Shown piece by piece: positions 10,280 to 20,650 of a stretch of DNA of 32,497 nt. Each line of letters starts with the position of its first letter. The stretch's first letter is position 1. The notes under the pieces are model-generated. The model did no database searches and was not told the DNA's origin. It saw nothing but the letters and a program-made list of their open reading frames with translations. This DNA comes from Malacoraja senta (lineage: Eukaryota): positions 1-32,497 of the forward strand of contig JAXLNO010000122.1 in the NCBI GenBank assembly GCA_038087875.1. The letters run 5' to 3'. Both the position numbers and the translations under genes were made by a program.

Positions 10280-10931
10280 GGGCCTGTCCCACTTGGGCCG
10301 TCACTTACGCAACAGGCCGGTAGTGAAGGTCGCGCGATGGTCCGTGAGAGTCGCGCGTGTCATCATGCGCCCGCACAGCCGTCTGGAGCACGTGACGTCA
10401 TTTGAAAATGGGCACAAAATGCAGGAGTAACTCAGCGGGACCGGCAGCATCTCTGGAGAGAAGGAATGGATGATATTTTGGGACGAGACCCTTCTTCAGT
10501 CTGAAAAAAGGGTCTTGACCCGAAACGTCACCCATTCCTTCTCTCCAGAGCTGCTGCCTGTCCCTCTGAGTTACTCGGGCATTTTATGTTTATCTTGAAT
10601 CGTCTTGGCCCCGATCTGGGAGTAGGAGTGGGAGCGGATCCGGATCCGCAACGGCCGTGAGCCACAGGCTGAGTTCGACGATCGTTTGCCTGCTTCTGCA
10701 GCTGTTGGAGGTGAGACGTTGCGTCGTGCCAGGGTCTTGGGCCTGTCCCACTTTGGCCGTCAGTTACGCGACAGGCCGTTGGCACGTGAAGATTTTGTGC
10801 AGGACGAAGTCCACACTCCTCCACACCACACCCCACTCCTCCACACCACACCATGTGCCCGTCCCCGTGCTACCCACGTACTACCCACACGCTAGCAAGT
10901 CGCGTAAATGGCGCGCAAAAGACAGCCAAGT
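10280..10931 (+). mobile_element. PIF/Harbinger-like non-autonomous DNA transposon (right TIR truncated)
   Basis: TAA|GGGCCTGTCCCACTT left end, internal repeat of that end at 10739, and a partial inverse copy (CGCGTAAATG...GACAGCCAAGT) at 10900-10931. Confidence 0.55.
10412..10595. mobile_element. Penelope-derived fold-back element with ~88-bp arms centred at 10500
   Basis: Arms are imperfect reverse complements, each with a hammerhead-like core next to the centre. Confidence 0.75.
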
Positions 10932-11199
10932 CCTGTTTCAGCACTGCATCTCTAAGCTAAACTAAAACAAGGGTGAAGTCAGCACCAAAACACAGAATCA
11001 CAGTTCAAACACCAGTGAGTGAACTGTCAAATATTGGTACATGCCAGATTTTGGTTAACAGTTACTACATAGCAAAGTATATTTTTGTAAAAGATAGATA
11101 AATATTTGAGGCAAAGGAAAATAAAAGCTTGCAGGAAAAGGCCAAGGTTATAGGATTGTTCCAGCAAAGAATCAATGATCCTTTATTCACATCCATAAC

Positions 11200-11289
11200 C
11201 TGCACCTCAAACGTCTGGATTGAATCCCCTTCATTATACGTGTATGGTCCCAATAGGACCCCTTCGGCTTGATTTTCATCATCCAAGCC
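11200..11289 (-). CDS. SUN2: SUN-domain gene exon (90 bp)
   Basis: cacag|GLDDENQAEGVLLGPYTYNEGDSIQTFEVQ|gttatg; phase 0-0. Confidence 0.9.
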
Positions 11290-12217
11290 CTGTGAACAAG
11301 TAGAAATTAGCAAGCTTTACACACAGAAAATTACTCTCCAGTCACCCCAACAATTCTACCAGCTGGTGAAAGCAGGACTTCCACCCTTGCCTGGAAGAAA
11401 GCTTCAAGATTCAAGAGAGTTTATTGTCATGTGTCCCTGATAGGACAATGAAATCCTTGCTTTGCTTCAGCACAACAGAACATAATAGGCATTGACATAG
11501 TAGGCAAGACATTGGTTGAATATATAAAGTAATTTCATTTCAAACAATCAATTGGAAAAATGTCATCACCTCATTTAGCACATGAAGTGAATCTGTACAC
11601 AATCAAACAGAATGAAGATGCGTAGCATCAACTCTCATCTGTGGTAGAATCAGTGTGTCCCACCACAGGGGCCTCATCAGGCACCTCTATACCCACAGAA
11701 CTAGAGTGGAAGCAAGTCATCCTCAATCCTGAGAGAATACCAGTGAAGAATTGTCACCCCCATTCAGGAAAGAACTTGGCATTCAAATTGTCCCTAGTAT
11801 GTGTAGGGTAGTGTTAACGTTAATCTCATCTATTGGTTGTAAAGTTGCTTCATCACTATATGAAGCTTTTGTGGTTAGCAGTGTTGAGGATTGTGCAATA
11901 AAGTGACAAAACTCTGTGAAGTCAGTGAAAACCCAGAATCACAGTTCAAACACCAGTATGAGCAACTTGTGTAGCATGGAAGATTGAAGATTATATTAGA
12001 GGGCCTTCTATTTGATGGATTATTGTTCTGGACTGTGAAATGGAATTTGCTCATTTTTAACAGAACTTGTTAATGTTATTGACGTGGATTGTGAGACCAC
12101 ACGGGACCCTGAACATGGAATCCAATGTCCAAGAAAGCCTTGCCATGTTCAGCAGCATGCTCCAGACAAACACCATGGTTCCCAAACATTCACTCATATT
12201 CTATACGTTTCACTCAC

Positions 12218-12385
12218 ATAAACAGAGAAGTCTTGAGGGGCACTTCTAATTGATGCACGCGGAGAAATGGATCTTGGAATGTGATCTAGGGTAAAGGCTG
12301 TTGGCCTGATCCGGACAGCAAGCTCGATGACAACAAAGCCTTGGGAGCCTTTAAATGGCCAACAGTTGCCAGGATGAACCTCCGG
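12218..12385 (-). CDS. SUN2: SUN-domain gene exon (168 bp)
   Basis: ttgcag|PEVHPGNCWPFKGSQGFVVIELAVRIRPTAFTLDHIPRSISPRASIRSAPQDFSVY|gtgagt; SUN core. Confidence 0.95.
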
Positions 12386-12427
12386 CTGCAAGAGAGAACA
12401 AGAAAAAAAACATTACGAAAGATTCTC

Positions 12428-12699
12428 AGTTTAGTTTAGAGATACAGCGCGGAAACAGAAAATATTAACACTATCCTACACACACTCGGGACAATTTTGT
12501 TTTACATTTACCAAGCCAATTTACCTACAAACCTGTACGTCTTTGGAGAGTGGGAGGAAACCGAAGATATAGGAGAAAACTCACGCAGGTCACGGGGAGA
12601 ACGTACAAACTCCGTACAGACAGCACCTATAGTTGGGATCGAACCGGGGCTCTGGCGCTGCAAGCGCTGTAAGGCAACAACTCTACCACTGTGGTGCCC
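12428..12699 (-). mobile_element. tRNA-derived SINE
   Basis: Minus-strand A-box-like head, B-box GGTTCGATCCC and CTAAA tail. Confidence 0.85.
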
Positions 12700-12814
12700 A
12701 CAATTCTCTACCCACAATTATCCCCCTTCCTTTCAACAGAACACTGATTCTTCCTACAGGGACAGCAAAGATTTAATTTTTGGACACGATCCACGTGAGG
12801 ATATGAGGATACTT

Positions 12815-13070
12815 ACAGAATAATGAAAGGCATAGAGTGGATGTGGAAAAGATGTTTCCACTTGTGGGGGAGTCTTGGACCAGAGGCCATAGGCTCAGAA
12901 TTAAAGGGTGCGCCTTTAGAAATGAGGTGAGGAGGAACTTCATTACCACAGAGGGCTGTGGAGGCCAAGTCTGTGGATATTTTTAAGGCAGAGATAGACA
13001 AATTCTTGATTAGAACGGGTGTCAATGGTTATTTTGGGAACAGGGATGGGTTGTTGGGGTTGGGGTTGCT
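12815..13070 (+). mobile_element. CR1 3' fragment
   Basis: DVEKMFPLVGESWTRGHRLRIKG similarity. Confidence 0.75.
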
Positions 13071-13654
13071 ATGGCAGGAATCTGCAGTCTCGACCCCTCA
13101 ATGTTTTCTGCCAATTTACCTCAACCCTGCACAATGAGAAAACGCGCTACAATTTTCCAGCAGAGCCCATTGCTGCTTTTGGTTCATGGTGTAACAATTA
13201 TTATGTTAATGCAGAGAACAGGAGTTACTGAGACATTTTTAACACACTGTCCCCAAGACAATACTCGCACACCATTTACAAAGTATCAGGACAAGTACCT
13301 GAACCAGCAGGACCTCTGTCTCGGGCAGTGTGATCAAATGCAACCCAAAATATGCTTTCTCTGATTTCCTCTAAATCTTTCTTTATTTTAAAACCTCAAC
13401 CCTCTGGACTTAGGCACCTCTGTAAGCTACAGGCAAATGCTGGCAAATGGGATTAGTTGTACGGGTACCTGATGGTTGACGTGGATGTGTTGGGCACAAA
13501 GGCCCTGTTTCTGTGCTATATGACACCACAAGTGGATTTAAAAATCTGAACTCAATTGAAGATTTGACAAATACACTGGCAATCTACATCCAGGTGAGAG
13601 GAATGGGGAGCAGAAAGTGTCAGAGTTTGGTTAAAGCAGATGGAAGGAGCCACT

Positions 13655-14180
13655 TTTCCTTAAGGAAGGATATTTTTGCTATGGAGGGAACACATCAGAA
13701 GTGCAGCAAATTAACTGTAGGGATGGCAGGGCCAACGTATGAAGAACAATCTGGTCAATATTCACTGGAGTTTGGAAGGAATGATAATTTTATAGAAACC
13801 TACAACATTTAGAAGTTGTAACAGGACTGGAAAGATTCGAGGTAAGATGTTCCTGATGCTGGTGAGTTTCAGGACCAGGATCACAGTGCGAGGATAAGTT
13901 GAGGTCATGTAGAACTCAGAGGGGGAGAAATTTCTTCATCCAGAGTGGTGAACCAGAGGAATTCTCTATCATGGAATGCAATTGAAATCATATCGTTGAA
14001 TATACTCATGAGTTAAATATTGTTCTTGTAGCTAGAGGGACCAAGAGGTATGGGGAGAAAGGTATGGGGAGTCCCCCAACTGGGGACACAATTTGGATGA
14101 TCAGCCATGATCACACTGAGGGGTTGAGTGGGCTTGAAGGGCCACATTGCTTACTCCTGTTCATAATTTCCATGTTTCTA
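13655..14180 (+). mobile_element. Degenerate CR1 3' fragment
   Basis: LRKDIFAMEG...YSLEF...IETY followed by 3' UTR GATCAGCCATGATC. Confidence 0.7.
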
Positions 14181-14476
14181 TTCCATATCCCACAACTGTG
14201 GTACTGAACAAGCACGCATGATGGGCCAATGCATGATTTTTTCGACATATATATCAATACCTTGCATTCGTCTGACTGGGAAGAACTGTTATGCAGACAG
14301 AGTATGTTTCACATAAACCTGGGGAAAGCAGAAGACACACACTAGTTGTGGTGCCCCCAACAGTAAATCTTGAAGTTGTGGACCTATAGCGTCCCTGTAC
14401 CTTGCTGCCTCTAGGAGAGTATTCGAAGGTCACTGCTTTCAAGACAGAAGGGAGCAGCAGTACAAGGATTATATAC

Positions 14477-14589
14477 CTGAATGACAGCTGTGGGTGAGTG
14501 AGATTGATACCACAGTGGAATGCCAAACAGACTAAGAATAGTCTTGGTCTCTAACGTCTCTGTGCAGCGAGTGTGGATCACACTGCCAC
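14477..14589 (-). CDS. SUN2: SUN-domain gene exon (113 bp; KASH-lid region)
   Basis: ttgttag|(G)GSVIHTRCTETLETKTILSLFGIPLWYQSHSPTAVIQ|gtatat; phase 1-0. Confidence 0.93.
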
Positions 14590-14899
14590 CTAACAAGAGA
14601 AAACAGAATCATTATCATATCACTGAATGGACAAAGTTAATCATGAATCCTTCAAGAAATATGTAGGTTTGCAGGGAACTGCAAAACTCTGGCAGAGGGA
14701 TTGGAAAGTTTTTGCTTGAGTGCTGACCACTAAGAAGAACTTTCCAATTTGTCCAAGAACTCAACACATCCAGCACAACTGCAGAAATAATTTAATGTTA
14801 CAATCACAATTGTTAAAGTAAATTTGAAAGCTAATTTTCATACAATGTCCAACAGGTTGGAGCACAGAATCCAGCTGAAACTTTAAATACACAGCTGAA

Positions 14900-14918
14900 T
14901 GGCCACCAGGTGGCAGTG
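14900..14918 (+). promoter_or_regulatory. Candidate CTCF binding site
   Basis: TGGCCACCAGGTGGCAGTG closely fits the CTCF core consensus and lies in non-repeat intron. Confidence 0.5.
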
Positions 14919-15178
14919 GTTAGATAGGTACCCTCCCAAATCTCAACCATTTACTTGCTCTCATCATTTTTCCATTCAATACAACTATAATAAACAAGGA
15001 GCTATTTTTTGCAAAAAATTAAGTACAATGAGAAAGATTTCTGTAACATAAAATGGAAGCAAAACTTCTACCTGCTGACCAAGATATAAAAATATTGTTA
15101 TTCGTAGGCAGTTAGCTGGGAACATGTGCAACAAATGACTGCTGTCTGCATAGGTTCTTTTTCTCAATTATATAAAGC

Positions 15179-15367
15179 TGTGGCGATCCCTGAGGGTTAG
15201 GCCACTCCTTGGGTCATCCCCCTCGGCTATTGAGGGACAGGGGCGTTGGTCTGCCACGGGGTTTCCCGAGGTCCTTCTCAGGGTGTGTGTTCTCGCTGCG
15301 ACAATAAAAACTACTGTTGAACCTGCCTGACCTCTGGCCTTTTCCCGACCTCGTCCAGGCTGCTACA
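15179..15367 (+). mobile_element. Solo LTR (189 bp)
   Basis: TGTGGC...GCTACA termini (TG..CA imperfect inverted repeat), 4-bp TSD AAGC on both sides, AATAAA at 15303. Confidence 0.75.
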
Positions 15368-15469
15368 AAGCCATTTAGCATTACATCTGACCTAGTTTAG
15401 AGACTAACCAGGAAGGACAATTTATCTTGTAGAACATATATTTTTCATATATTGTAGAACATATATTTA

Positions 15470-15918
15470 CATCGCAGGAACAGGCCCTTTTGTCCCACTG
15501 TGTCTGCACCAACCATGATGTCAGCCTAACTTATCCCATCTGACTGGACATGGTCTACATCCCTCTACTCCCTGTCTGTTCATGTATCTGTCCAAATGCC
15601 TTTTAAAGATTACTATTGTATCTGCTTCCACCACCTCCCCTGACAGCACACCTGCAGTTGTGCAAGAAAAACTTGCCTCACACATCTCCTTTAAACATCC
15701 CCCCTCTCACCTTAACTCTATGCCCTCGTGTATTTGACATTTCCACCCTGGGGAAAAGACTGCCTCCTCCATCTATATATCTCTCATAATTTTATATACT
15801 TCTATCAGGTCTCGTCTCAGCCTCTGACGCTCCAGCAACAACATTCCGTTTGTCCAACCTCCCCTTATAGCTAATATTCTATTCTAACATTCTGTCTAAT
15901 CCAGGCGGCATCCTGGTC
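15470..15918 (-). mobile_element. Degenerate CR1 3' fragment
   Basis: Similar to 30951-31420 and other CR1 3' ends. Confidence 0.75.
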
Positions 15919-16240
15919 ATTCTGCAGATGGCTGAAACCTAAAGTAGATCTTCAGCTTTCTACACAATTCCAATTGTCCAATGTTAGCTTGAGAAGAACC
16001 AAGCTTCTATCCACATTTCAAACCATGAGCTTGTCTTCTTTTCTTGCACTTCTACAGGTGTTTAAGATTTCATTCGTCTGCCACTAGTTGCATCTCCACC
16101 GATCCAGCTGGTATCGGCATTCATCTCAAATGTCTCCTGGTCTCCAGTCTATCTATTTTGTTCTCACTTTCTCTGCAACTTAAACTTTGCTTCAAGGAAT
16201 AAAACTGGCCAACCAACAGAAGAGGGGTGCAATTAAATCA

Positions 16241-16440
16241 GGGCAGCACAGTGACGGATCGGTAGACCTCATGCCTGACAGCACCAGAGACTTGGGTTTG
16301 ATCCTGACTACGGGTGCTGTCTGTACGGAGTTTGTACATTCTCCCTGAGACGGCATGGGTTTTCTCCAGGTGCTCTGGTATCCTCCCACACTCCAGAGAT
16401 GTACAGGTTTGTAGGTTAATTGTAAGTTGTAAAATTGGCC
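16241..16440 (+). mobile_element. tRNA-derived SINE, 3'-truncated
   Basis: Collinear with the SINE at 25468. Confidence 0.8.
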
Positions 16441-16499
16441 AGAGGGCAGAATAAGACCCATCTTTTCTTCATAAGCATTAAATGACGTGGAGTTCCAGA

Positions 16500-16970
16500 T
16501 TTGCAGGTGATACTGTGAACTGGGGATATTCATGGAATTGGAGGCAAATACAGAATATGGTTTCAACAGCTGTAATTCAAATGTGAAATATTTCATTTTG
16601 GGAGGAATAAGGCAATGTAAACTAGAGGGCACAATTCTAAAAGGAGTGAAGAAACAACAGTGTCTCTGGAATGGGTGACGTTTCGGGTCGAGACCCTTCA
16701 TCAGACCTTCACATCCTTCTTACACACGTGGGTGATATATGTGCCTAGTTTACTGAAAGAAGGAAGTTTAGGATGTTGTTTAAAAACGCCTGTACTTTAT
16801 AAATAACAGCTCAGGGTACAAGAGCAAAGAAGTGATGGGGAACTTTGTAAAACACAGGCTTGGCCACAGCTGGAGTAGTGCATCCAGTCCTGGCTGCCTT
16901 GCCCTCAGAAAGGCATGAAGGTTTGGAGAGAGTGCACAAGAGAGTAACCAATGTGTTTGCAGGGATGGTG
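16500..16970 (+). mobile_element. Ancient CR1 ORF2 fragment with a small PLE-derived insert (16660-16725)
   Basis: Decayed FNVK..., YKSKEVM, PQLE.CIQSW and LERVHKR motifs. Confidence 0.55.
16674..16707 (-). ncRNA. Minimal type-I hammerhead ribozyme motif (Penelope-type)
   Basis: GGU-CUGAUGA-A-GGGUCUCGACCC-GAAA-CGUC-ACC: intact core, stem II, palindromic ACGU stem III, GUC site and 3-bp stem I. Confidence 0.6.
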
Positions 16971-17300
16971 GAGCAGTGGACAGAATGAAGATGGCCGATG
17001 GTGCCCCAGGGCAAGGCCATCCCACCGATGGCTCGGCCTTTAAATGAGTTGTGGCTGGTGCAACATCAAGCAGTTACAAGTTAAATTAACATTCAGCAGT
17101 GTGATCCTCAGCAGCTCTGGGGAAACCTGTACTGTCAACATAGATCTGTACTTGCCTATTCAGGACATATTGCCCAGTTTGAAAGAGACCCCATTCCACA
17201 GGAGCAAGTCAAACATGACTAAAGTGCCTGCCCACACAACACCCTTTCAGTCTGTTACATTCAGAGTTTTACTTGGCCCGGGCTTTTGTCTGATACTTAC

Positions 17301-17385
17301 CAGCAGATTCCAGTGCATAATCCACCAATCCAACCCTGTCAGCGCTGTACAGTTTCAGGGCTTCCTCCACAATGCTTTTCACTTC
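17301..17385 (-). CDS. SUN2: SUN-domain gene exon (85 bp)
   Basis: ctttggtag|EVKSIVEEALKLYSADRVGLVDYALESA(G)|gtaagt; DYALES motif; phase 0-1. Confidence 0.95.
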
Positions 17386-17734
17386 CTACCAAAGGAAAAA
17401 ATAACAATAATCTGGGATAAGAAGGGGGCAGTAGAGGGCAATAGAGTGCAGAGCCCACACACATACAGAAACCAGACGGGCAATGCTCCCTTCAACAGGT
17501 CCCACAAAATGATCCCTCTTATCCATTCCCATAATCTGGAATTAGCAAGGTGTAATAAAAGTGAGCGATGGAGAGCCCAAGTTTACTCCATAGAAGGCTG
17601 CAGGATTATGTGATCAGGTCAATAATTATTACAGTACATTGACATGGATAGGACAGGTTTGGAGGGATCTGGGGCAAACGCAGGCAGGTGGGACTAGTGT
17701 AGCTGGGACATGTTGGCTGGTGTAGACTGATGCA

Positions 17735-18330
17735 ATGTTCCATTCAGTTTGACATTGCCTTACTATCTGTCCTTCACAGAAAGGTTCCTGAAGAAAACTA
17801 CCTGTGACCACGTGATCAAGGTAGAACGAGCTACAGGCACTGTGGGAGAAGGACTCGATGGATCCCATCAGATGGCTCCCCAAGCAGACAGAGGAACTCG
17901 CCAACAGTAGTGTGAGGAGCCCTCCCAGTCAGACCCTGCCTGCTCTGTAAGAAAAGCACCCCACTGCACGCTGCCATTGAGTTGGTTGTGGTGTGGACAA
18001 CATTCACCTCCTTATGCACTGGGTGTTTGACAGGAAGGTCAGAAGGAGAATGCAAGGGCTCTTGTCATGGTTCACCCTGAGCAGTTGTGCATCAGTGATC
18101 TAGGAACTGTTCACAGGGACTCACAAGATAAATGTCAACTGCTGCTGGAAGATCATTATCTCAGCAGAAGACTCAAATTGATCTTCCCGCATAAGATGTG
18201 GGTAAATGAATTGCTGCCGACTGGCACATTCCAGGGTGCGAGAGTATGTGGTGTGAGGGACACACTGAAGCTCAGTGTAGTCACCACAGAGGCTGTGGGG
18301 GAGTGTCCTTGGTCTAAGGTCCGGCCACCA
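17735..18330 (+). mobile_element. L1/Tx1-type LINE ORF2 C-terminal remnant
   Basis: Decayed TLPYYLSF.E.F, GALPVR, TARC..GC...HL and LF.GTH..NVNCCWKII motifs of Tx1 post-RT zinc-finger regions. Confidence 0.65.
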
Positions 18331-18464
18331 CTAGACACTGAGGGACTCTCAGACACTTCATGGGAGCACTGTTTAAGGATGTGGTGTTCATTGACACATT
18401 GCAAGCGAAAGTGCTGAATTGATGGAACGTAGAGCAAGACATGCCCCAATTTCATTACTAGATA

Positions 18465-19311
18465 TCTATATAATTAAAAGTCTCATCTTGACCACTTCCT
18501 GTTTGCACTGCATATTGATTTTAGAAAAAACGCTACCACTTACGGTTGTGGTTTTTAGTCTTCTTACTCAGAGTCCCCCTCCGCTGCACAGGGTAAGAGG
18601 ATTTTTCCCATCGATGAAAAATAAAAGAGTTATTTGTGTTTAAAAAATGTTGAGATTCTCTCTCCTGTCAATCACTGCCATGAAGGCCATGCCCCTTCTG
18701 GTGGGAGGGGGAGGGACTATAAAACCCGGAACTGTGGGAGTGGCTCAGCGTCTGCAAGATGGGAAAGGGAGAGGTCACCTTGGTGGCCTTGCACCCTGCT
18801 TGAAATGGTAGCCATATAACCATAACAGCATGGAAACAGGCCATCTCGGCCCTAGGAACTGCTTTTCAATTTGGTGGCCTTGCACCCTGCTTGAAATGGT
18901 ATGAAACTGATTTTGAATTTGGTGGCCTTGCACCCTGCTTGAAATGGTATGAAACTGATTTTGAATTTGGTGGCCTTGCTCTCTGCTTGAAATGGTAGGA
19001 AACTTCATTTGAATTTGGTGGCCTGCACTCTGCTGGAAATGGAATTTAAAGGAATAGCCTCGAGTCAACTGCCAGTCCACCAGCCGTGAGTGAGTGAGCT
19101 GCCAGCACACCAGGCTTGAGTGACTGAGCTGCCAGCCCAATAATCCATTCGGCCCACAATGTCCATACTAGCCCTCTGGAAACCAGTCCCTTCAGCCCCC
19201 CCCCCCCCCCACCGGCCACCAATATTGGAATTGGTGGAGAGGTGGAATATTGCGTTGGGGGACCAGCCCTCCCGTGTGAACATGGGACCCAACGGGTCCC
19301 ACTTAGTCTAG
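18465..19311 (+). mobile_element. Non-autonomous Helitron (847 bp), complete
   Basis: A|TCTATATAATTAAAAG 5' end; TGGGACCC-AAC-GGGTCCCA hairpin at 19283-19301; CTAG|T 3' end; no TSD. Confidence 0.85.
18780..19048 (+). repeat. 48-bp tandem repeat x5 inside the Helitron
   Basis: TTGGTGGCCT starts at 18780, 18871, 18919, 18967 and 19015. The first unit is expanded by a ~43-bp CR1 tail. Confidence 0.9.
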
Positions 19312-19389
19312 TATTATCAATAAATTACATTTCTGAAATACAATAGTGTGTTCCAGAGTTAGAGCCACCGGCTGCTTGCATGCTTGTAC

Positions 19390-19599
19390 CTTAATAATCC
19401 CCGCTCTGACAGCTGCCAAGTGTGTCTCCATTGCCGGACGAGGATAACGTGATGCATCTGAGAGGATCTTCTCCATGCCAGCGAGGAGGGCCTCGAGTTC
19501 CTTGTGATGCACCAGCTGTGCTGTCAGTGGTTCCCCTGTGCTGTCTTGTGATGAACCGAAGAGCAGCTTGTGGACAAGTGGGAGCAACGCCGTCTCCTT
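19390..19599 (-). CDS. SUN2: SUN-domain gene exon (210 bp; coiled coil)
   Basis: tgtttag|KETALLPLVHKLLFGSS...KELEALLAGMEKIL...AGIIK|gtacaa; phase 0-0; resembles the SUN1/2 pre-SUN helices. Confidence 0.8.
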
Positions 19600-19800
19600 C
19601 TAAACACACAAGAGCTGGATAGTCAGTGCTCCTCCTTGTAGACATTGAAATCAATGCAAAGCAGTATCTTTGTCATCTTAAAAAATATATTATTTTACAA
19701 TTGTTGATCCTTTGGCGAGGGAGACAAGGCAAGGGAATACATTATAGCTGAAAGGATACTGAACTGTGGTGGGGAACAGAAAGATCTTGGAGAGATTGTT

Positions 19801-19941
19801 GTGTAGGAAGGAAATGCAGATGCTGGTTTACACTGAAGATAGACACAAAATGCTGGAGTTACTCAGCAGACCAGGCAGCATCTAATGCTCCAGAGATCCT
19901 GTCCATCCCGCTGAGTTACTCCAGCATGTTGTGTCTATCTT
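19801..19941. mobile_element. Penelope-derived palindromic short element
   Basis: GATAGACACAAAATGCTGGAG...CTCCAGCATGTTGTGTCTATC inverted arms. Confidence 0.65.
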
Positions 19942-20182
19942 GTTGTGGGATCTTTGAAGGTAGTGGGACAGTCATCTTGGAACTGTGGAAAATGTTAGCT
20001 CAGCCGTACCTGTAACATTGTGTGGACTCTGGTTGCCTCCCTACAGGATTGATGGGAGTTCACTAGAGAGGCACAAGAAAGGTTTACGACATTGGCTGGA
20101 CTGGAGAAGAAAGGTTGCAAGGAGAGAGTCGTCAGGAACTGCAGCAGGTAGATTGTTTGAGTGGTTTTAATATTATAGAAAA

Positions 20183-20382
20183 AAAGACAAAATGCTGGAG
20201 TAACTCAGCGGGACAGGCAGCATCTCTGGAGAGAAAGAATGGATCATGTTTAGGATTGAGACCCTTCTTCAGACGTCTCGACCCGAAATGTCATCCACCC
20301 CCCCCCCTCCCCCAGAGATGCTGCCTGTCTCGCTGATGTCTATCTGCGGTGTAAACCAGCATCTGCAGTTCCTTCCTACACA
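20183..20382. mobile_element. Penelope-derived palindromic short element
   Basis: Same family as 10412-10595, with a central deletion. Confidence 0.65.
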
Positions 20383-20650
20383 TAAGGTTATGATATTCTG
20401 ACTGGTCCATTCAGAGTAAACAAGGTAACCATCTTTCCTACGCAAAGTTGGAAATGTCATTCAATTTGCACAAGGGTTTGATGCAATTAGTACAGTGGGC
20501 CAAGGGTTCACTGCCTGAATGGTTGTTGGAAGCAGAACTCACATTTACTGGGCACCTGGACCAGCAGTAGAAGAGGCTGTGAGTGAGATTCACCTGGCCT
20601 CCCAGCACGTAAAACAGAAGGTGGTAACTATAGGTCAATTGACAGGTATA

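Larger units (their letters stand above)
9765..10966 (+). mobile_element. tRNA-derived SINE interrupted by two CR1 fragments (9846-9927 -, 10010-10233 +) and a MITE
   Basis: SINE head GCTCAGCGGTAGAGTTGCTGCCTTACA, body and CTAAACTAAA tail are collinear with the intact copies at 25468 and 27581. Confidence 0.75.

Noticed and set aside
10973..11957. Duplicated intronic C/D snoRNAs
   Set aside because: CTGA is present on the minus strand but there is no RTGATGA C box at a suitable distance in either copy.
17044..17613. 189-aa plus-strand ORF
   Set aside because: No recognisable homology. It overlaps a real minus-strand exon antisense and is likely a chance ORF.
18780..19048. Regularly spaced repeats as a CRISPR array
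   Set aside because: Head-to-tail 48-bp units with no unique spacers, in a eukaryotic Helitron context.
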